Positions 46,493 to 56,713 of a stretch of DNA of 64,000 nt are shown piece after piece. The first letter of the stretch is position 1. The number at the start of each line of letters is the position of its first letter. The notes under the pieces were generated by a model. It saw only the letters and a program-made list of their open reading frames with translations. It was not told the origin of the DNA and did not search any database. The DNA is taken from NCBI GenBank assembly GCA_035699145.1, contig DASSBB010000076.1, positions 18,815-82,814 on the forward strand, written 5' to 3'. The stretch comes from Marmoricola sp. Lineage in GTDB: Bacteria > Actinomycetota > Actinomycetes > Propionibacteriales > Nocardioidaceae. A program made the position numbers and the translations under genes.

Positions 46493-49018
46493 TCAGTTCG
46501 TGGTGCCGACCCTCACGGTCATCCACTTCTTCCGGTTGACCTTCCCGACCTTGACCGTTGTCCCGGTCTCGGGCACGTTGACGCTGTACCAGCCGGGCTG
46601 GTAGCGGCCGTCGTGGTGACCCGTGGCGGCGTGCTCGTCGCGGTTGTACCACCACCTCGAGGTGTCGTCGAACGTCCTGACGCCGCGCGATGCCTCGATC
46701 CGGAACCGGTCACCCTCGTAGTGCAGGTTGAACCCCTTCACCCTGCCCGGCGCGAACGCCGAGTCGAAGCTCATCGTCCGCGGCCGGACCAGCGTGCCGT
46801 CCGGGTTGTGGTCGAACTCCGGGTGCGCGTCCACCGGCAGGATGAGCCCCTCACCAGGGTGGTCGCCGACGTTGTTGTCGGTCTGCGAGGTGTCCCAGTA
46901 GCTGATCAGGGCACCGGCACGGTAGCGGTAGAACTCGGCCCGGTCCGCCAGCCTGCCGGTGAACCCGAGGTTGTACACGTGGGCGAGCAACTTGTCCCGC
47001 TTCACGTACTGGCGGTTGTCGACGATGTAGGCGTTCAGGAACCCCCGGAGCCCGTTGCCGGTGCTGAGCCGGAAGCCGTCGAACTGCCAACCCGCCTCCG
47101 ACTCCCCGTCTCCGATGAGCGCGCCGTCCAGGGAGATGTCGTCCACCTGGAACCCGCTCAGGACAAAGGCGCCGTCGGTGAGGTACCGCCACCTGATGGC
47201 GTTCGCGGTCTCCGGCACGGTGGCGGTGAGGTCGACCCACCCGTCCGAGACACCGGTGATGCCGGTGCCGTCGGGGTTGGCGCCGCTGAAGTCCTGCCCG
47301 GTGTAGCTGAGGTTGGTCTCGAGCGACTGCCAGGTCTCGCCGCCGTCGCTCGAGGCCTCGAGGAACGCGTAGTCCCAGCCTTCCTCGATCTCGTAGCGGA
47401 CCTGCGCCGTCAGCTCCCCGCCGCCGTCCACCGCAGTGGTCAGCCGGTTGTCCAGGTCGTTTCCGGCCTCGCTGTAGTAGAAGCTCTCACCGCACCCGTC
47501 GCACGGGGGGCCGAGCGTCTCCTGGACCTGCTTGTCCGGAAGGATCACGATCAGCGCGTTGTTGCCCTTCTTGGTCACGAGCTGTGCCGGGCGGAGCCGA
47601 TGGGTGGAGCGCTTCCCTGCCCGCGCTACGGCGTAGTCCAACCACCCGAGCTGGAACTTGTCCCAGGCGCCGAACGGCATCGGCCGGTCACCGATGCCCT
47701 GGTCGCGCTTCGCGGTGCCGCGCGACTGGCTCATGAGCGACCAGAAACCGACGCTGTTCTCCGCGCCCCCGGTGTTGCCGGAGGTGTCGTAGAGGTCGGG
47801 GAGCCCCAGGTCGTGGGCGTACTCGTGGGCGAAGACGCTGAGACCACCGTTCTCCGGCTGGATCGTGTAGTCGTTGACCCAGATGCCGATCGGGTTGTTC
47901 GGGATCTCGACGGCGCTGCCCTCCGGGTCCGAGATGCCACCCTCACCGATGTCGAAGCCGCCCTTGGCAGGGCCGGGGCCCGTGCCGAGGGGCTGGATCT
48001 GGGCGTTCCAGCGGTGGCTCCAGATCGCGTCGGTCGCGAAGGTCGGGTCACCGTCGGCCTGGTCACCACCGGCGTGCACGACCTGCATGTGGTCGATGTA
48101 GCCGTCGGGCTCGCGGAAGTCGCCGTCCTCGTCGTAGTCGTACCGGTCCTCGATGTCGAAGGTGCTGAGGTAGTTCTCGATCCGGGCCGAGGTCCAGCCG
48201 GCGTCGAGCTTCTTCTGGACCCAGAACGCCATGCCGTCCCTCAGCAGGAACCACGTGCTCGAGCACACGATGTCGCCGCAGTAGTCACGGCCGTAGCGGG
48301 CCTCGTTGAACGGCACGCGCACCTTGGCCGTGACGTCGCCGGTGAACGAGTACTTGCCGAGCGACTGCTGCTCGTAGAAGTTCCGCATCCGCTTGAAGTA
48401 CATGTTCTCGTAGTGCTGGCGGCTGTAGTTCTTCTGCCACAGGGTGGTGTTGTCCACGGCGCGGTTCGGCTTCGGGATCTCGTTGAACCGCGGCCCGTCG
48501 TACCGCTGGGGGGAGCCGTCGGAGGGGAAGGTGCAGCTCTCCGGTGCTGTGTCCGCGGTCTCGTCGCAGAAGGCCGAGTGCCGGGTGTCCCCGAACTCGA
48601 CGAGCAGGGCGAAGATGCGGTCCCTGCCGTCCACGGCCGCGCGGCCGTGGACCCCTCGCTTGATCCGCTCGCTGACACCCTTCCCGCCGTCGAGGAGCCG
48701 CTGCTTCACGGCCTCCTGGTTGCGGCGCTCGTACTTGAGGCGCCAGCTCGGCGTCAGGTTGTCGCTGAAGGAGCGGGGGGAGTCGGCCGACCTCTCGGCC
48801 GGGGCGGGGGCCGGCGCTGCGCCGACCTGTGCGGTGGTTCCGGGTAGTGCTAGGGCTACGCCCGTTAGTGCGGCTGCCGCGATGGCGGCGACGCGTCTTG
48901 TCTGCAAGACCCCTCCTGGTGGGCTTGTGGCCGAAACCGCACCCGCCCAGCCCGTGGATCCACGGAGCGGGCGCGGAAGGTAGCGGCTCATCCGACCTCT
49001 CGACGGACGACCTTGCAA
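46493..49018 (-). CDS. Secreted M6 family (immune inhibitor A-like) metalloprotease
   Basis: Carries the zinc motif HEYAHDLGLPDLYD and a signal-like region RRVAAIAAAALTGVALALPGTTAQ. The likely true start is Met at 48991. Confidence 0.8.
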   Translation of the reverse strand: MQGRPSRGRMSRYLPRPLRGSTGWAGAVSATSPPGGVLQTRRVAAIAAAALTGVALALPGTTAQVGAAPAPAPAERSADSPRSFSDNLTPSWRLKYERRNQEAVKQRLLDGGKGVSERIKRGVHGRAAVDGRDRIFALLVEFGDTRHSAFCDETADTAPESCTFPSDGSPQRYDGPRFNEIPKPNRAVDNTTLWQKNYSRQHYENMYFKRMRNFYEQQSLGKYSFTGDVTAKVRVPFNEARYGRDYCGDIVCSSTWFLLRDGMAFWVQKKLDAGWTSARIENYLSTFDIEDRYDYDEDGDFREPDGYIDHMQVVHAGGDQADGDPTFATDAIWSHRWNAQIQPLGTGPGPAKGGFDIGEGGISDPEGSAVEIPNNPIGIWVNDYTIQPENGGLSVFAHEYAHDLGLPDLYDTSGNTGGAENSVGFWSLMSQSRGTAKRDQGIGDRPMPFGAWDKFQLGWLDYAVARAGKRSTHRLRPAQLVTKKGNNALIVILPDKQVQETLGPPCDGCGESFYYSEAGNDLDNRLTTAVDGGGELTAQVRYEIEEGWDYAFLEASSDGGETWQSLETNLSYTGQDFSGANPDGTGITGVSDGWVDLTATVPETANAIRWRYLTDGAFVLSGFQVDDISLDGALIGDGESEAGWQFDGFRLSTGNGLRGFLNAYIVDNRQYVKRDKLLAHVYNLGFTGRLADRAEFYRYRAGALISYWDTSQTDNNVGDHPGEGLILPVDAHPEFDHNPDGTLVRPRTMSFDSAFAPGRVKGFNLHYEGDRFRIEASRGVRTFDDTSRWWYNRDEHAATGHHDGRYQPGWYSVNVPETGTTVKVGKVNRKKWMTVRVGTTN

Positions 49019-49068
49019 AGACGGCGAAGTCGAACGTTATCGATTTGTGACCTTCGTCCTTCCACCCG

Positions 49069-49929
49069 TCAGACCGACAAGAACTCCACGATCGACGCCG
49101 CCACGGCGTCGGGGTTCTCCTCTGCCATGTGGTGGCCCGACTCGATGCGGCGGCCACGCAGGTCGTCGGCCCAGTCCGCCCAGACCGCGAGCGGCTCGCC
49201 GTACAGCTCCTCGAGGTCGTCGCGGCTCGACCACAGCAGCAGGGTCGGGCACTCGACCTTCCGGCCCCGCCGCTTGTCGTCCAGCTCGTGCTCGCGGTCG
49301 ACCCCCAGCCCCGCGCGGTAGTCCTCGAGCATGGCCCGGACCGTCGCCGGGTCACGGGTGGCCTCGCGGAACTCCCGGTGGTTCTCCTCCCCCATGACGT
49401 CGGGGTCACCGGCGTACCAGGAGTCGGGATCGGCGAGGATCGCCCGCTCCGGCTTCTCCGCCTGCCCGTAGAAGAACCAGTGCCACCACGACCGGGCGAA
49501 CCGCGCGTCGCACCGGTCGAGCGCCTCACTGATCGGCACCCCGTCCATCGCGACGAGCCGCTCGACCGCGGCGGGGTGGTCGAGGGCGGTCCGCAGCGCC
49601 ACGTAGCACCCGCGGTCGTGGCCGGCGACCGTGAACGTCTCGTGGCCGAGTCGGCCCATCAGCCGGACCAGGTCGCCCGCCACGGCCCGCTTCGACTGCT
49701 GCGCGTGGTCGGGCCGGATCTCGGCCTTGCCCGAGCGCCCGTAGCCGCGCATGTCGGGGCACACCACCGTGTGGCCCGCGGCGACCAGCTGGGGGGCCAC
49801 CCGGTGCCAGGTCGCGCCGGTGCGGGGGTGGCCGTGCACGAGCAGGACCGGCGGCCCCTCACCTGCGTGCCGGACCCGCAGGGCGACGTCGCCGACGTCG
49901 ACGGTCTCGTCGACGAACCCCTCGAACAT
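49069..49929 (-). CDS. Alpha/beta hydrolase (haloacetate dehalogenase/epoxide hydrolase-like)
   Basis: Carries LLVHGHP and the nucleophile elbow AGHDRG (Asp nucleophile type), then C-terminal SGHHMAEE. Confidence 0.75.
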   Translation of the reverse strand: MFEGFVDETVDVGDVALRVRHAGEGPPVLLVHGHPRTGATWHRVAPQLVAAGHTVVCPDMRGYGRSGKAEIRPDHAQQSKRAVAGDLVRLMGRLGHETFTVAGHDRGCYVALRTALDHPAAVERLVAMDGVPISEALDRCDARFARSWWHWFFYGQAEKPERAILADPDSWYAGDPDVMGEENHREFREATRDPATVRAMLEDYRAGLGVDREHELDDKRRGRKVECPTLLLWSSRDDLEELYGEPLAVWADWADDLRGRRIESGHHMAEENPDAVAASIVEFLSV

Positions 49930-49958
49930 GGCGGCACGCTAACGCCGCCGGCGGGTCC

Positions 49959-50762
49959 TCAGCGAGCCCGGGCGACGTAGCAGGCGACCGCGGTCGCCGC
50001 GGCGACGTTGAGGGAGTCGATCCCGCCGGCCATCGGGATCACCGCGCGGACGTCGGCGCTGTCGACCCACCGTCGCGACAAGCCGTGGCCCTCGGTGCCC
50101 AGGAGCAGCGCGACCTTGTCCCGGCCGGCCATCGCCGCCTCCACGGGTACGGAGTCGTCGGCCAGGCACATCGCGACCGTGGTGAATCCCGCTCCGGAGA
50201 GCGCCTGCACGGCGTCGTACCAGCCCTCGATCCGGGCGTACGGGACGCTGAAGACCGCGCCCATCGCGACCTTGACCGACCGCCGGTAGAGCGGGTCGGC
50301 GCACCGCGGCGACAGCAGCACCGCGTCCACCCCCAGCGCGGCCGCAGACCGGAAGATCGCGCCGACGTTCGTGTGGTCGACCACGTCCTCGAGGACGACG
50401 ACGGTGCGTGCGCCGTCGAGGACGTCGGCCACCGACGGCAGGGTACGACGGTGCAGCGACCCGAGGGCGCCGCGGTGCACGTGGAAGCCGGTCACCTGCT
50501 CGGCGAGCTCCTCGTCCACGACGTAGCAGGGAGCGTCCGTGGGGGCGAGCACGTCGGCGAGCCCGTCGAGCCAGCGTCGGGCCATGAGGAAGGAGCGGGG
50601 GGTGAACCCACCCTCGACCGCTCGGCGGACGACCTTCTCCCCTTCCGCGATGAAGAGTCCCTGGTCGGCCTCGAGGTGCTTGCGGAGCTCGACGTCACGC
50701 AGGTCGCGGTAGTCGGAGAGCCGCGGGTCCGCGGGGTCGTCGATCTCGATGAGGGTGGCCAT
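49959..50762 (-). CDS. TrmH/SpoU family RNA 2'-O-methyltransferase
   Basis: ATG 50762 (TGATG junction with the upstream stop). SpoU blocks are VVLEDVVDHTNVGAIFRSA, LLLGTEGHGLS and IPMAGGIDSLNVAAA. Confidence 0.8.
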   Translation of the reverse strand: MATLIEIDDPADPRLSDYRDLRDVELRKHLEADQGLFIAEGEKVVRRAVEGGFTPRSFLMARRWLDGLADVLAPTDAPCYVVDEELAEQVTGFHVHRGALGSLHRRTLPSVADVLDGARTVVVLEDVVDHTNVGAIFRSAAALGVDAVLLSPRCADPLYRRSVKVAMGAVFSVPYARIEGWYDAVQALSGAGFTTVAMCLADDSVPVEAAMAGRDKVALLLGTEGHGLSRRWVDSADVRAVIPMAGGIDSLNVAAATAVACYVARAR

Positions 50763-51994
50763 CAGGCGTTCAGGCTGCCGTACCGCTCCGGGTTGGCGAC
50801 CGCCACCACTCCGCCGACCACCACGATGGCCGGAGGCCGGACCGGGTCGGCCGCCAGGTCGGCCTCGATGGTGCCGAGGGTCGACCACAGCGCGCGCTGC
50901 GTCGGCATGCTGCCGTCGGAGACGACCGCGACCGGCGAGTCCGGCTGCCGCCCGGCAGCGACCAGCCGGGCAGAGATCGCCGGGAGGTTCTGGACGGCCA
51001 TGAGGAGCACGACGGTGCCGCGGAGCCGGGCGACGGCGTCCCACTCGACGAGGGAGTCCGGGTGGTCCGGGGGCAGGTGGCCGGAGATGACCGTGAACTC
51101 GTGGGCGACGCCGCGATGGGTGACCGGGATCCCGGCCAGGGCGGGGACCGAGATCGCGCTGGTCATCCCCGGCACGACGGTGCACGGCACTCCGGCCTCG
51201 GCGCAGGCGAGCATCTCCTCGTAGCCCCGGCCGAAGACGAAGCTGTCCCCGCCCTTGAACCGCACCACCCGCTTGCCGGCGAGCGCCCGGTCGACGATGA
51301 CCCGGTTGATCTCCTCCTGCGAGGCCGAGCGGCCGCGCGGCAGCTTGGCGACGTCGATCAGCTCGACGTCCGGGGAGAGCTCGCTGAGCAGCTCGCGCGG
51401 GGCGAGCCGGTCCGCGACGACGACGTCGGCGTCGCCGAGCGCGCGCCGGGCGGCGACCGAGGCGAGGTCGGGGTCCCCGGGCCCGCCGCCGACGAGCACG
51501 ACTCCGGGCGTCCGTTCCTGCGAGCGGACCGGCAGTGCGCCGTCGCGGAGGCCGGCGATGATCTGGTCCCGCAGCCCGGCGGAGCGACGCGGCTCTCGGT
51601 TCGCCACGACCGCCACGGTGACCCCGGCGTGGCGGCCGACCGCCGGCGTCCAGGCCGTCGCCTTGGGGGCGTCGTCGCTGCGCACGCAGAAGACCCGCCG
51701 CTCCTCTGCGGCGGCGCTGATCCGTTCGTTGACAGCACGGTCGTCGGTCGCGGCGACGACGTACCAGGCCTGGTCGAGGTCCCGCTCCTCGAAGCCACGC
51801 CGGTGCCAGGTGACCTCGCCGCCGCCGACCAGCCCCTCGATCGACGGTGTCACCTCCGGGGAGACGACGACGACGTCGGCCCCGGCGGCCAGCAGCGCCG
51901 GGACCCGGCGCTGGGCCACGTGGCCACCGCCGGCGACGACGACCCGCCGCCCGGCGAGCCGGAGCGCGGAGGGGTAAGGAGGGAAGTCGTCCAT
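50762..51994 (-). CDS. cysG: Siroheme synthase-like fusion: precorrin-2 dehydrogenase/ferrochelatase plus uroporphyrinogen-III C-methyltransferase
   Basis: ATG 51994. The N-terminal NAD loop is VVVAGGGHVA. Methyltransferase motifs are LVGGGPGDPDL and VVRFKGGDSFVFGRG. Confidence 0.8.
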   Translation of the reverse strand: MDDFPPYPSALRLAGRRVVVAGGGHVAQRRVPALLAAGADVVVVSPEVTPSIEGLVGGGEVTWHRRGFEERDLDQAWYVVAATDDRAVNERISAAAEERRVFCVRSDDAPKATAWTPAVGRHAGVTVAVVANREPRRSAGLRDQIIAGLRDGALPVRSQERTPGVVLVGGGPGDPDLASVAARRALGDADVVVADRLAPRELLSELSPDVELIDVAKLPRGRSASQEEINRVIVDRALAGKRVVRFKGGDSFVFGRGYEEMLACAEAGVPCTVVPGMTSAISVPALAGIPVTHRGVAHEFTVISGHLPPDHPDSLVEWDAVARLRGTVVLLMAVQNLPAISARLVAAGRQPDSPVAVVSDGSMPTQRALWSTLGTIEADLAADPVRPPAIVVVGGVVAVANPERYGSLNA

Positions 51995-52091
51995 CCCGTC
52001 ATTGTTCGCGACGATCCCGGAGGGCGTGGCGGAGGACCACCCAGCGGAATAGGGTCGACGGAGTCCCTGCACCGTGTAGAGGAGAGAGCCG

Positions 52092-52622
52092 ATGTCCCTG
52101 GACCGCCCGGTCACCCCGAACCCCTACGAGCTGCTGCCGGAGGTCCCCTCGTTCGAGGTGACGAGCAGCGACGTCTCCGACGGGCAGCCGCTGAAGGACG
52201 ACCAGGTCGGCGCCGGCGGCGACCGGTCCCCGCAGCTGAGCTGGTCAGGGTTCCCGGAGGAGACCAGGAGCTTCGTCGTCACCTGCTTCGACCCGGACGC
52301 CCCGACCCCGTCGGGGTTCTGGCACTGGGTCGTCTGTGACATCCCCGCGAGCGTCACCTCGCTGGACGCGGACGCCGGCGCCGAGGGCGGTGGAGGGCTG
52401 CCCGAGGGCGCCTTCATGTGCCGCAACGACGGCGGCTCCAAGGCGTTCACGGGGGCGGCCCCGCCGGAGGGCGACCAGGTGCACCGCTACTTCTTCGTGG
52501 TCCACGCGGTCCGTGAGGAGAAGCTCGGCGTCGACTCCGACGCCAGCCCGGCCGTCGTCTCGTTCAACCTGGCGTTCAAGACCGCAGCGCGCGCGGCCCT
52601 GCACGGCACCTATCAGCACTGA
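52092..52622 (+). CDS. YbhB/YbcL family (PEBP/Raf kinase inhibitor-like) protein
   Basis: Carries [23 protein letters not shown] and HRYFFVVHA, the PEBP signatures. Confidence 0.85.
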   Translation: MSLDRPVTPNPYELLPEVPSFEVTSSDVSDGQPLKDDQVGAGGDRSPQLSWSGFPEETRSFVVTCFDPDAPTPSGFWHWVVCDIPASVTSLDADAGAEGGGGLPEGAFMCRNDGGSKAFTGAAPPEGDQVHRYFFVVHAVREEKLGVDSDASPAVVSFNLAFKTAARAALHGTYQH

Positions 52623-52641
52623 GCGGGACGAGCTCCCGCCG

Positions 52642-53139
52642 TCAGTCCAGCAGCCGCTGGTAGGTCGGCGACTGGAGGAGCGACGGCAGGAAGTGCCCGG
52701 TCGCCGGAGCGAGGTCGAGGTCGCCGATCCGGCCGGGGTCGACGAACACGATGCGCCTGCCCTCCCCGCACGCGATGTCGTCGTCGGTGAGGTCCACGCC
52801 ACCGACCCACAGCTGCCAGTGGTTGCGCAGGTGCGCCGTCGCCTTCGTCTCGGGGGTGTCCAGCCCGACGTACCAGAGCTCGAGAGCGTCCTCGGACAGC
52901 ACCAGCCCGGTCTCCTCGAGCAGCTCGCGCCGCATCGCCTCCGCCCGGGTCTCACCCGGGTCGACGTGGCCGCCGACGATCCCCCACTGGTCGGGAGCCA
53001 CCGGCGCGTGCTCGTCACGTTCCTGGAGGAGGACCCACCCGCGTGGGTCCACGAGGAAGGCCCCGACGATGTCGCACGACCGCTCCCGGCACGGCAGCAG
53101 GTGGTGGGGGTCGGTCTCGGTCGAGAGCACGTGGCGCAT
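52642..53139 (-). CDS. NUDIX hydrolase
   Basis: ATG 53139. The Nudix box is GGHVDPGETRAEAMRRELLEETG. Confidence 0.85.
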   Translation of the reverse strand: MRHVLSTETDPHHLLPCRERSCDIVGAFLVDPRGWVLLQERDEHAPVAPDQWGIVGGHVDPGETRAEAMRRELLEETGLVLSEDALELWYVGLDTPETKATAHLRNHWQLWVGGVDLTDDDIACGEGRRIVFVDPGRIGDLDLAPATGHFLPSLLQSPTYQRLLD

Positions 53140-53220
53140 CGACTCACTATGACGCACGCCGTCCCCGCGCCGACCGGCACCTGCCCGGCGCCGTCGTACG
53201 CCGTGCGCGACAATCTCCGC

Positions 53221-54180
53221 ATGCCGAACCCCGCCGCCCTCGTCGACGTCCTCGGTGAGCCCTACCTCGCCGAGACGCTGGAGCTGCCGCCGGACGACGA
53301 GGGTCCCGTCGTGGCCACGCTGGTGAGCCGGTGCGCCGAGGGCGGCTCGCGCAAGGCGGTGCTCCACGTGCACGGGTTCAACGACTACTTCTTCCAGACC
53401 GCGGCGGCCGACTTCTGGGTGGAGCGTGGCTACGACTTCTACGCCGTGGACCTCCGCAAGTACGGCCGTTCGCTGCTGCCCCACCAGACGCCGAACTTCG
53501 CCCTGGACCTCGCCGAGTACCACCCCGAGCTCGACGTGGCCCACCGGCTCATTACCGAGCGGGACGGCCACGACCACCTCGTGCTCTCCGGCCACTCCAC
53601 CGGAGGGCTGATCGGCTCGCTCTGGCTCGACGCCCGGAAGCCCGACCTCGCCGGTGTCGTCCTCAACGCGCCGTGGCTCGACCTCAACGGCTCGTTCCTC
53701 CTGCGGACCGCCGGCACGAAGGCGATCGACCAGGTGGGCGCGCGCCGGCCGTACCAGGCGATCCCACGCAGCGTCTCGGGGTTCTACGGCCGCAGCCTCC
53801 ACCGCGACCACGACGGCGAGTGGGAGTTCAACCTCGACTGGAAACCCTTGGAGAGCTGGCCCGTCTACGCCGGCTGGCTCCGGGCGGTACGGCGCGGCCA
53901 CGCCGTCGTGCACCGCGGGCTGGACGTCTCCGTGCCCACACTGGTGCTCAGCTCCGACACCAGCATCCATCCCCGGGTCTGGGAGGCCGCGGTCGACACC
54001 AGCGACATCGTGCTCGACGTCCAGCTGATGGCGAAGTGGGTCCACAAGCTGTCGCGGCACGTGACCCTGGTCCGGGTGCCGGGCGCCCGCCACGACGTCA
54101 CGCTCTCCCGGGAGCCGGCCAGGACCCAGGTCTTCGACGAGCTCGGCCGCTGGCTCGACGCGTACGTCGACCGGGACTGA
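53221..54180 (+). CDS. Alpha/beta hydrolase (lysophospholipase/monoacylglycerol lipase-like)
   Basis: ATG 53221. Carries the oxyanion region LHVHGFNDY, the nucleophile elbow GHSTGG and a C-terminal ARHD His region. Confidence 0.8.
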   Translation: MPNPAALVDVLGEPYLAETLELPPDDEGPVVATLVSRCAEGGSRKAVLHVHGFNDYFFQTAAADFWVERGYDFYAVDLRKYGRSLLPHQTPNFALDLAEYHPELDVAHRLITERDGHDHLVLSGHSTGGLIGSLWLDARKPDLAGVVLNAPWLDLNGSFLLRTAGTKAIDQVGARRPYQAIPRSVSGFYGRSLHRDHDGEWEFNLDWKPLESWPVYAGWLRAVRRGHAVVHRGLDVSVPTLVLSSDTSIHPRVWEAAVDTSDIVLDVQLMAKWVHKLSRHVTLVRVPGARHDVTLSREPARTQVFDELGRWLDAYVDRD

Positions 54181-54306
54181 GCGTCCAGGCCGGATCGCCC
54201 GCCCGCCTTCCCCACTCCTCCCACCGCCGAGTCGTCGGGTCTTCGGCCGGAAATCCCCGCGACGACTGGACGGCAAAACCGAGGACGCGACGACTCGGCA
54301 GGGGGG

Positions 54307-55083
54307 TCACCGGGTCATGAACACGGCGAGCGCGGTCACGCCGACCACGATGATGAACGCCCGCAGCAGCAGGGCGGGCATCCGCCGGCCGATCCGGGCG
54401 CCGAGCTGCGCGCCGACCACGGAGCCGACCGCGATGACCGCGACGATCACCCAGTCGACCTCGGCCACCGCGATGAAGATGACCGCCGCGACGGCGTTGA
54501 CGAGGCCGGCGAGGACGTTCTTCAGCGCGTTGTCGCGGTGCAGGGTGTCGTGGGTCCCCAGCCCGAGCACCGCCATGAGCAGGATCCCCTGGGCGGCGCC
54601 GAAGTAGCCGCCGTACACCCCGGTCGCCGCGACCGCCGGCCAGAGCCAGGGCCGGTCGACGGACACGTCGAGCGGTTCGTCACCCGCCTCCGAGGCGGCC
54701 GCCGCGGCGACCCGGCGGTTGACCCAGGGGCCTACCGCCACCAGCACGATGCCGAGCCCGACGAGGACCGGGACGATCGCGCCGAAGGCGGACTTGGGGA
54801 GCGACAGGAGCAGCACGGCACCGAGCACGCCGCCTGCCAGCGAGGCCGAGGCGAGCCGGAGCAGCCTCGGGCGTTGACCGGTGAGCTCGTGGCGCCACCC
54901 GATGACGCCGCTGACCGCGCCGGGCACCAGGCCGATGTTGTTGGAGACGTTCGCGGTGACCGGCGGGACGCCGAACGCCAGCAGGGTCGGGAACGTGACG
55001 AGCGTTCCCGACCCTGCGACGGTGTTGATGAACCCCGCTGCTCCCCCCGCCAGAGCGATGGCGAACAGCTCCCACGGGGTCAC
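54307..55083 (-). CDS. TauE/SafE family sulfite/anion exporter
   Basis: 258 aa, polytopic. The N-terminal GGAAGFINTVAGSGTLVTFP is typical of the family. Confidence 0.8.
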   Translation of the reverse strand: MTPWELFAIALAGGAAGFINTVAGSGTLVTFPTLLAFGVPPVTANVSNNIGLVPGAVSGVIGWRHELTGQRPRLLRLASASLAGGVLGAVLLLSLPKSAFGAIVPVLVGLGIVLVAVGPWVNRRVAAAAASEAGDEPLDVSVDRPWLWPAVAATGVYGGYFGAAQGILLMAVLGLGTHDTLHRDNALKNVLAGLVNAVAAVIFIAVAEVDWVIVAVIAVGSVVGAQLGARIGRRMPALLLRAFIIVVGVTALAVFMTR

Positions 55084-56204
55084 GTGGCGCGCGGCCCCTC
55101 ACCCTCGGCGGGGTCCGACGGGTCGGTGGTGAGCCCGGGCGTCGGGGTGTGCGAGGACGGGTCGGCCGCCTGCGCAGAGGCGATCGCATCCGCGACCACC
55201 GACGACGTCGAGCGGCGCTCCTGGTCCGACTCGCGCTCGATCGCCACCGACTCGCCCATGTCGACCCGGTGCCGCGGCCCGTCGGTGTCCTTCGGGATCC
55301 CGGGGATCTGGCCGATCGAGGAGCCCAGCCCCTCGAGCGCCCGGCCGATCTCCGACGGCACGATCCAGACCTTGTTCGCGTCGCCCTCGGCGATCTTCGG
55401 CAGCATCTGGAGGTACTGGTAGGCGAGCAGCGACTGGTCCGGCTGCCCGTCGTGGATCGCCTGGAAGACCGTCTGGATCGCCTGGCCCTCACCCTGCGCC
55501 CGCAGGATGCGCGACTGACGCTCGGCCTCGGCGGCGAGGATCTGCGCCTCGCGCTGGCCCTCCGCGTTGAGGATCGCCGACTGCTTGTTGCCCTCCGCGG
55601 TGAGGATCGCGGACTGCCGCTGCCCCTCGGCGGTGAGCACGACCGCTCGCTTGTCGCGGTCGGCGCGCATCTGCTTCTCCATCGCGTCCTTGATGGACGG
55701 CGGCGGGTCGATCCCCTTGATCTCCACCCGGTTGACCCGGATCCCCCACTTGCCGGTGGCCTCGTCGAGGACCGTGCGGAGACCGGTGTTGATCTCCTCC
55801 CGGCTGGTCAGCGTCTGCTCGAGGTCCATGCCGCCGACGATGTTGCGCAGCGTCGTCATCGTGAGCTGCTCGACCGCCTGGATGTAGTTGGCGATCTCGT
55901 AGGTCGCCGACACCGCGTCGGTGACCTGGAAGTAGATGACGGTGTCGATCGAGACGACGAGGTTGTCCTCGGTGATCACCGGCTGCGGCGGGAACGAGAC
56001 GACCTGTTCACGCAGGTCGATCATGTAGCGCACCCGGTCGACGAAGGGCAGCACGATGTTGAGCCCCGCGGGGAGGGTCGACTTGTACTTGCCGAACCGC
56101 TCGACGATGCCCGCACGCGCCTGCGGGACGATCCGCACCGTCTTGGCCAGGGCGAGGACCACCAGGAGCAGCAGCAGCAGGAACAGCACGCCGACGACTT
56201 CCAT
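55080..56204 (-). CDS. SPFH/Band 7 (stomatin-like) membrane protein
   Basis: ATG 56204. It has an N-terminal TM helix, then the SPFH core VRIVPQARAGIVERFGKY...VNRVEIKGIDPP, and coiled-coil repeats (AEGQRQSAILTAEGNKQSAILNAEGQREAQILAAEAERQ). Confidence 0.9.
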   Translation of the reverse strand: MEVVGVLFLLLLLLVVLALAKTVRIVPQARAGIVERFGKYKSTLPAGLNIVLPFVDRVRYMIDLREQVVSFPPQPVITEDNLVVSIDTVIYFQVTDAVSATYEIANYIQAVEQLTMTTLRNIVGGMDLEQTLTSREEINTGLRTVLDEATGKWGIRVNRVEIKGIDPPPSIKDAMEKQMRADRDKRAVVLTAEGQRQSAILTAEGNKQSAILNAEGQREAQILAAEAERQSRILRAQGEGQAIQTVFQAIHDGQPDQSLLAYQYLQMLPKIAEGDANKVWIVPSEIGRALEGLGSSIGQIPGIPKDTDGPRHRVDMGESVAIERESDQERRSTSSVVADAIASAQAADPSSHTPTPGLTTDPSDPAEGEGPRAT

Positions 56205-56238
56205 CGCGGACCACCTTCTTTCTCTCGTTGGGCTCGGC

Positions 56239-56700
56239 TCAGAAGCCGAGCTCGGGGATCTCGTGGACGTACGCCGTGGCGCCACGGATCTCGAAGACCT
56301 GCACCTTCGCGCCGGCGGGGATCACCGCCGTCTCGTCGTAGGGACGGGCGGTCCAGAGCTCGCCGGCGAGCTTGATCTGCCCGCCCTGCGCGGTGATCTC
56401 CGCGACCGTGAACGCTTCCTTGCCGACGAGCCCGGCGAAGCCGTGCTGGAGGTCAGGGCCGGTGTGCAGCCGCTTGACGAAGCTGGGACGGACGAATGCC
56501 AGCATCGCGACCGACGCGGCGGTGGCGGCCAGCACCTGCACCCAGACCTGGAGGTCGAGCAGGGCGGCGCCCATGCCGGCAAGCGCCCCGACGGCGAGCA
56601 TCAGGAGGACGAGGTCCAGGCTCGCCAGCTCGGCGACGCCGAGGACCATGGACAGCCCGAGCCAGACTGCCCACGCGTTCTCGCGGATCCACTCCTCCAT
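56239..56700 (-). CDS. NfeD family membrane protein (SPFH partner)
   Basis: 153 aa with N-terminal TM helices and a C-terminal OB-fold-like segment (GQIKLAGELWTAR...VQVFEIRG). It lies directly upstream of the SPFH gene. Confidence 0.85.
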   Translation of the reverse strand: MEEWIRENAWAVWLGLSMVLGVAELASLDLVLLMLAVGALAGMGAALLDLQVWVQVLAATAASVAMLAFVRPSFVKRLHTGPDLQHGFAGLVGKEAFTVAEITAQGGQIKLAGELWTARPYDETAVIPAGAKVQVFEIRGATAYVHEIPELGF

Positions 56701-56713
56701 GATGAAACCCTAC

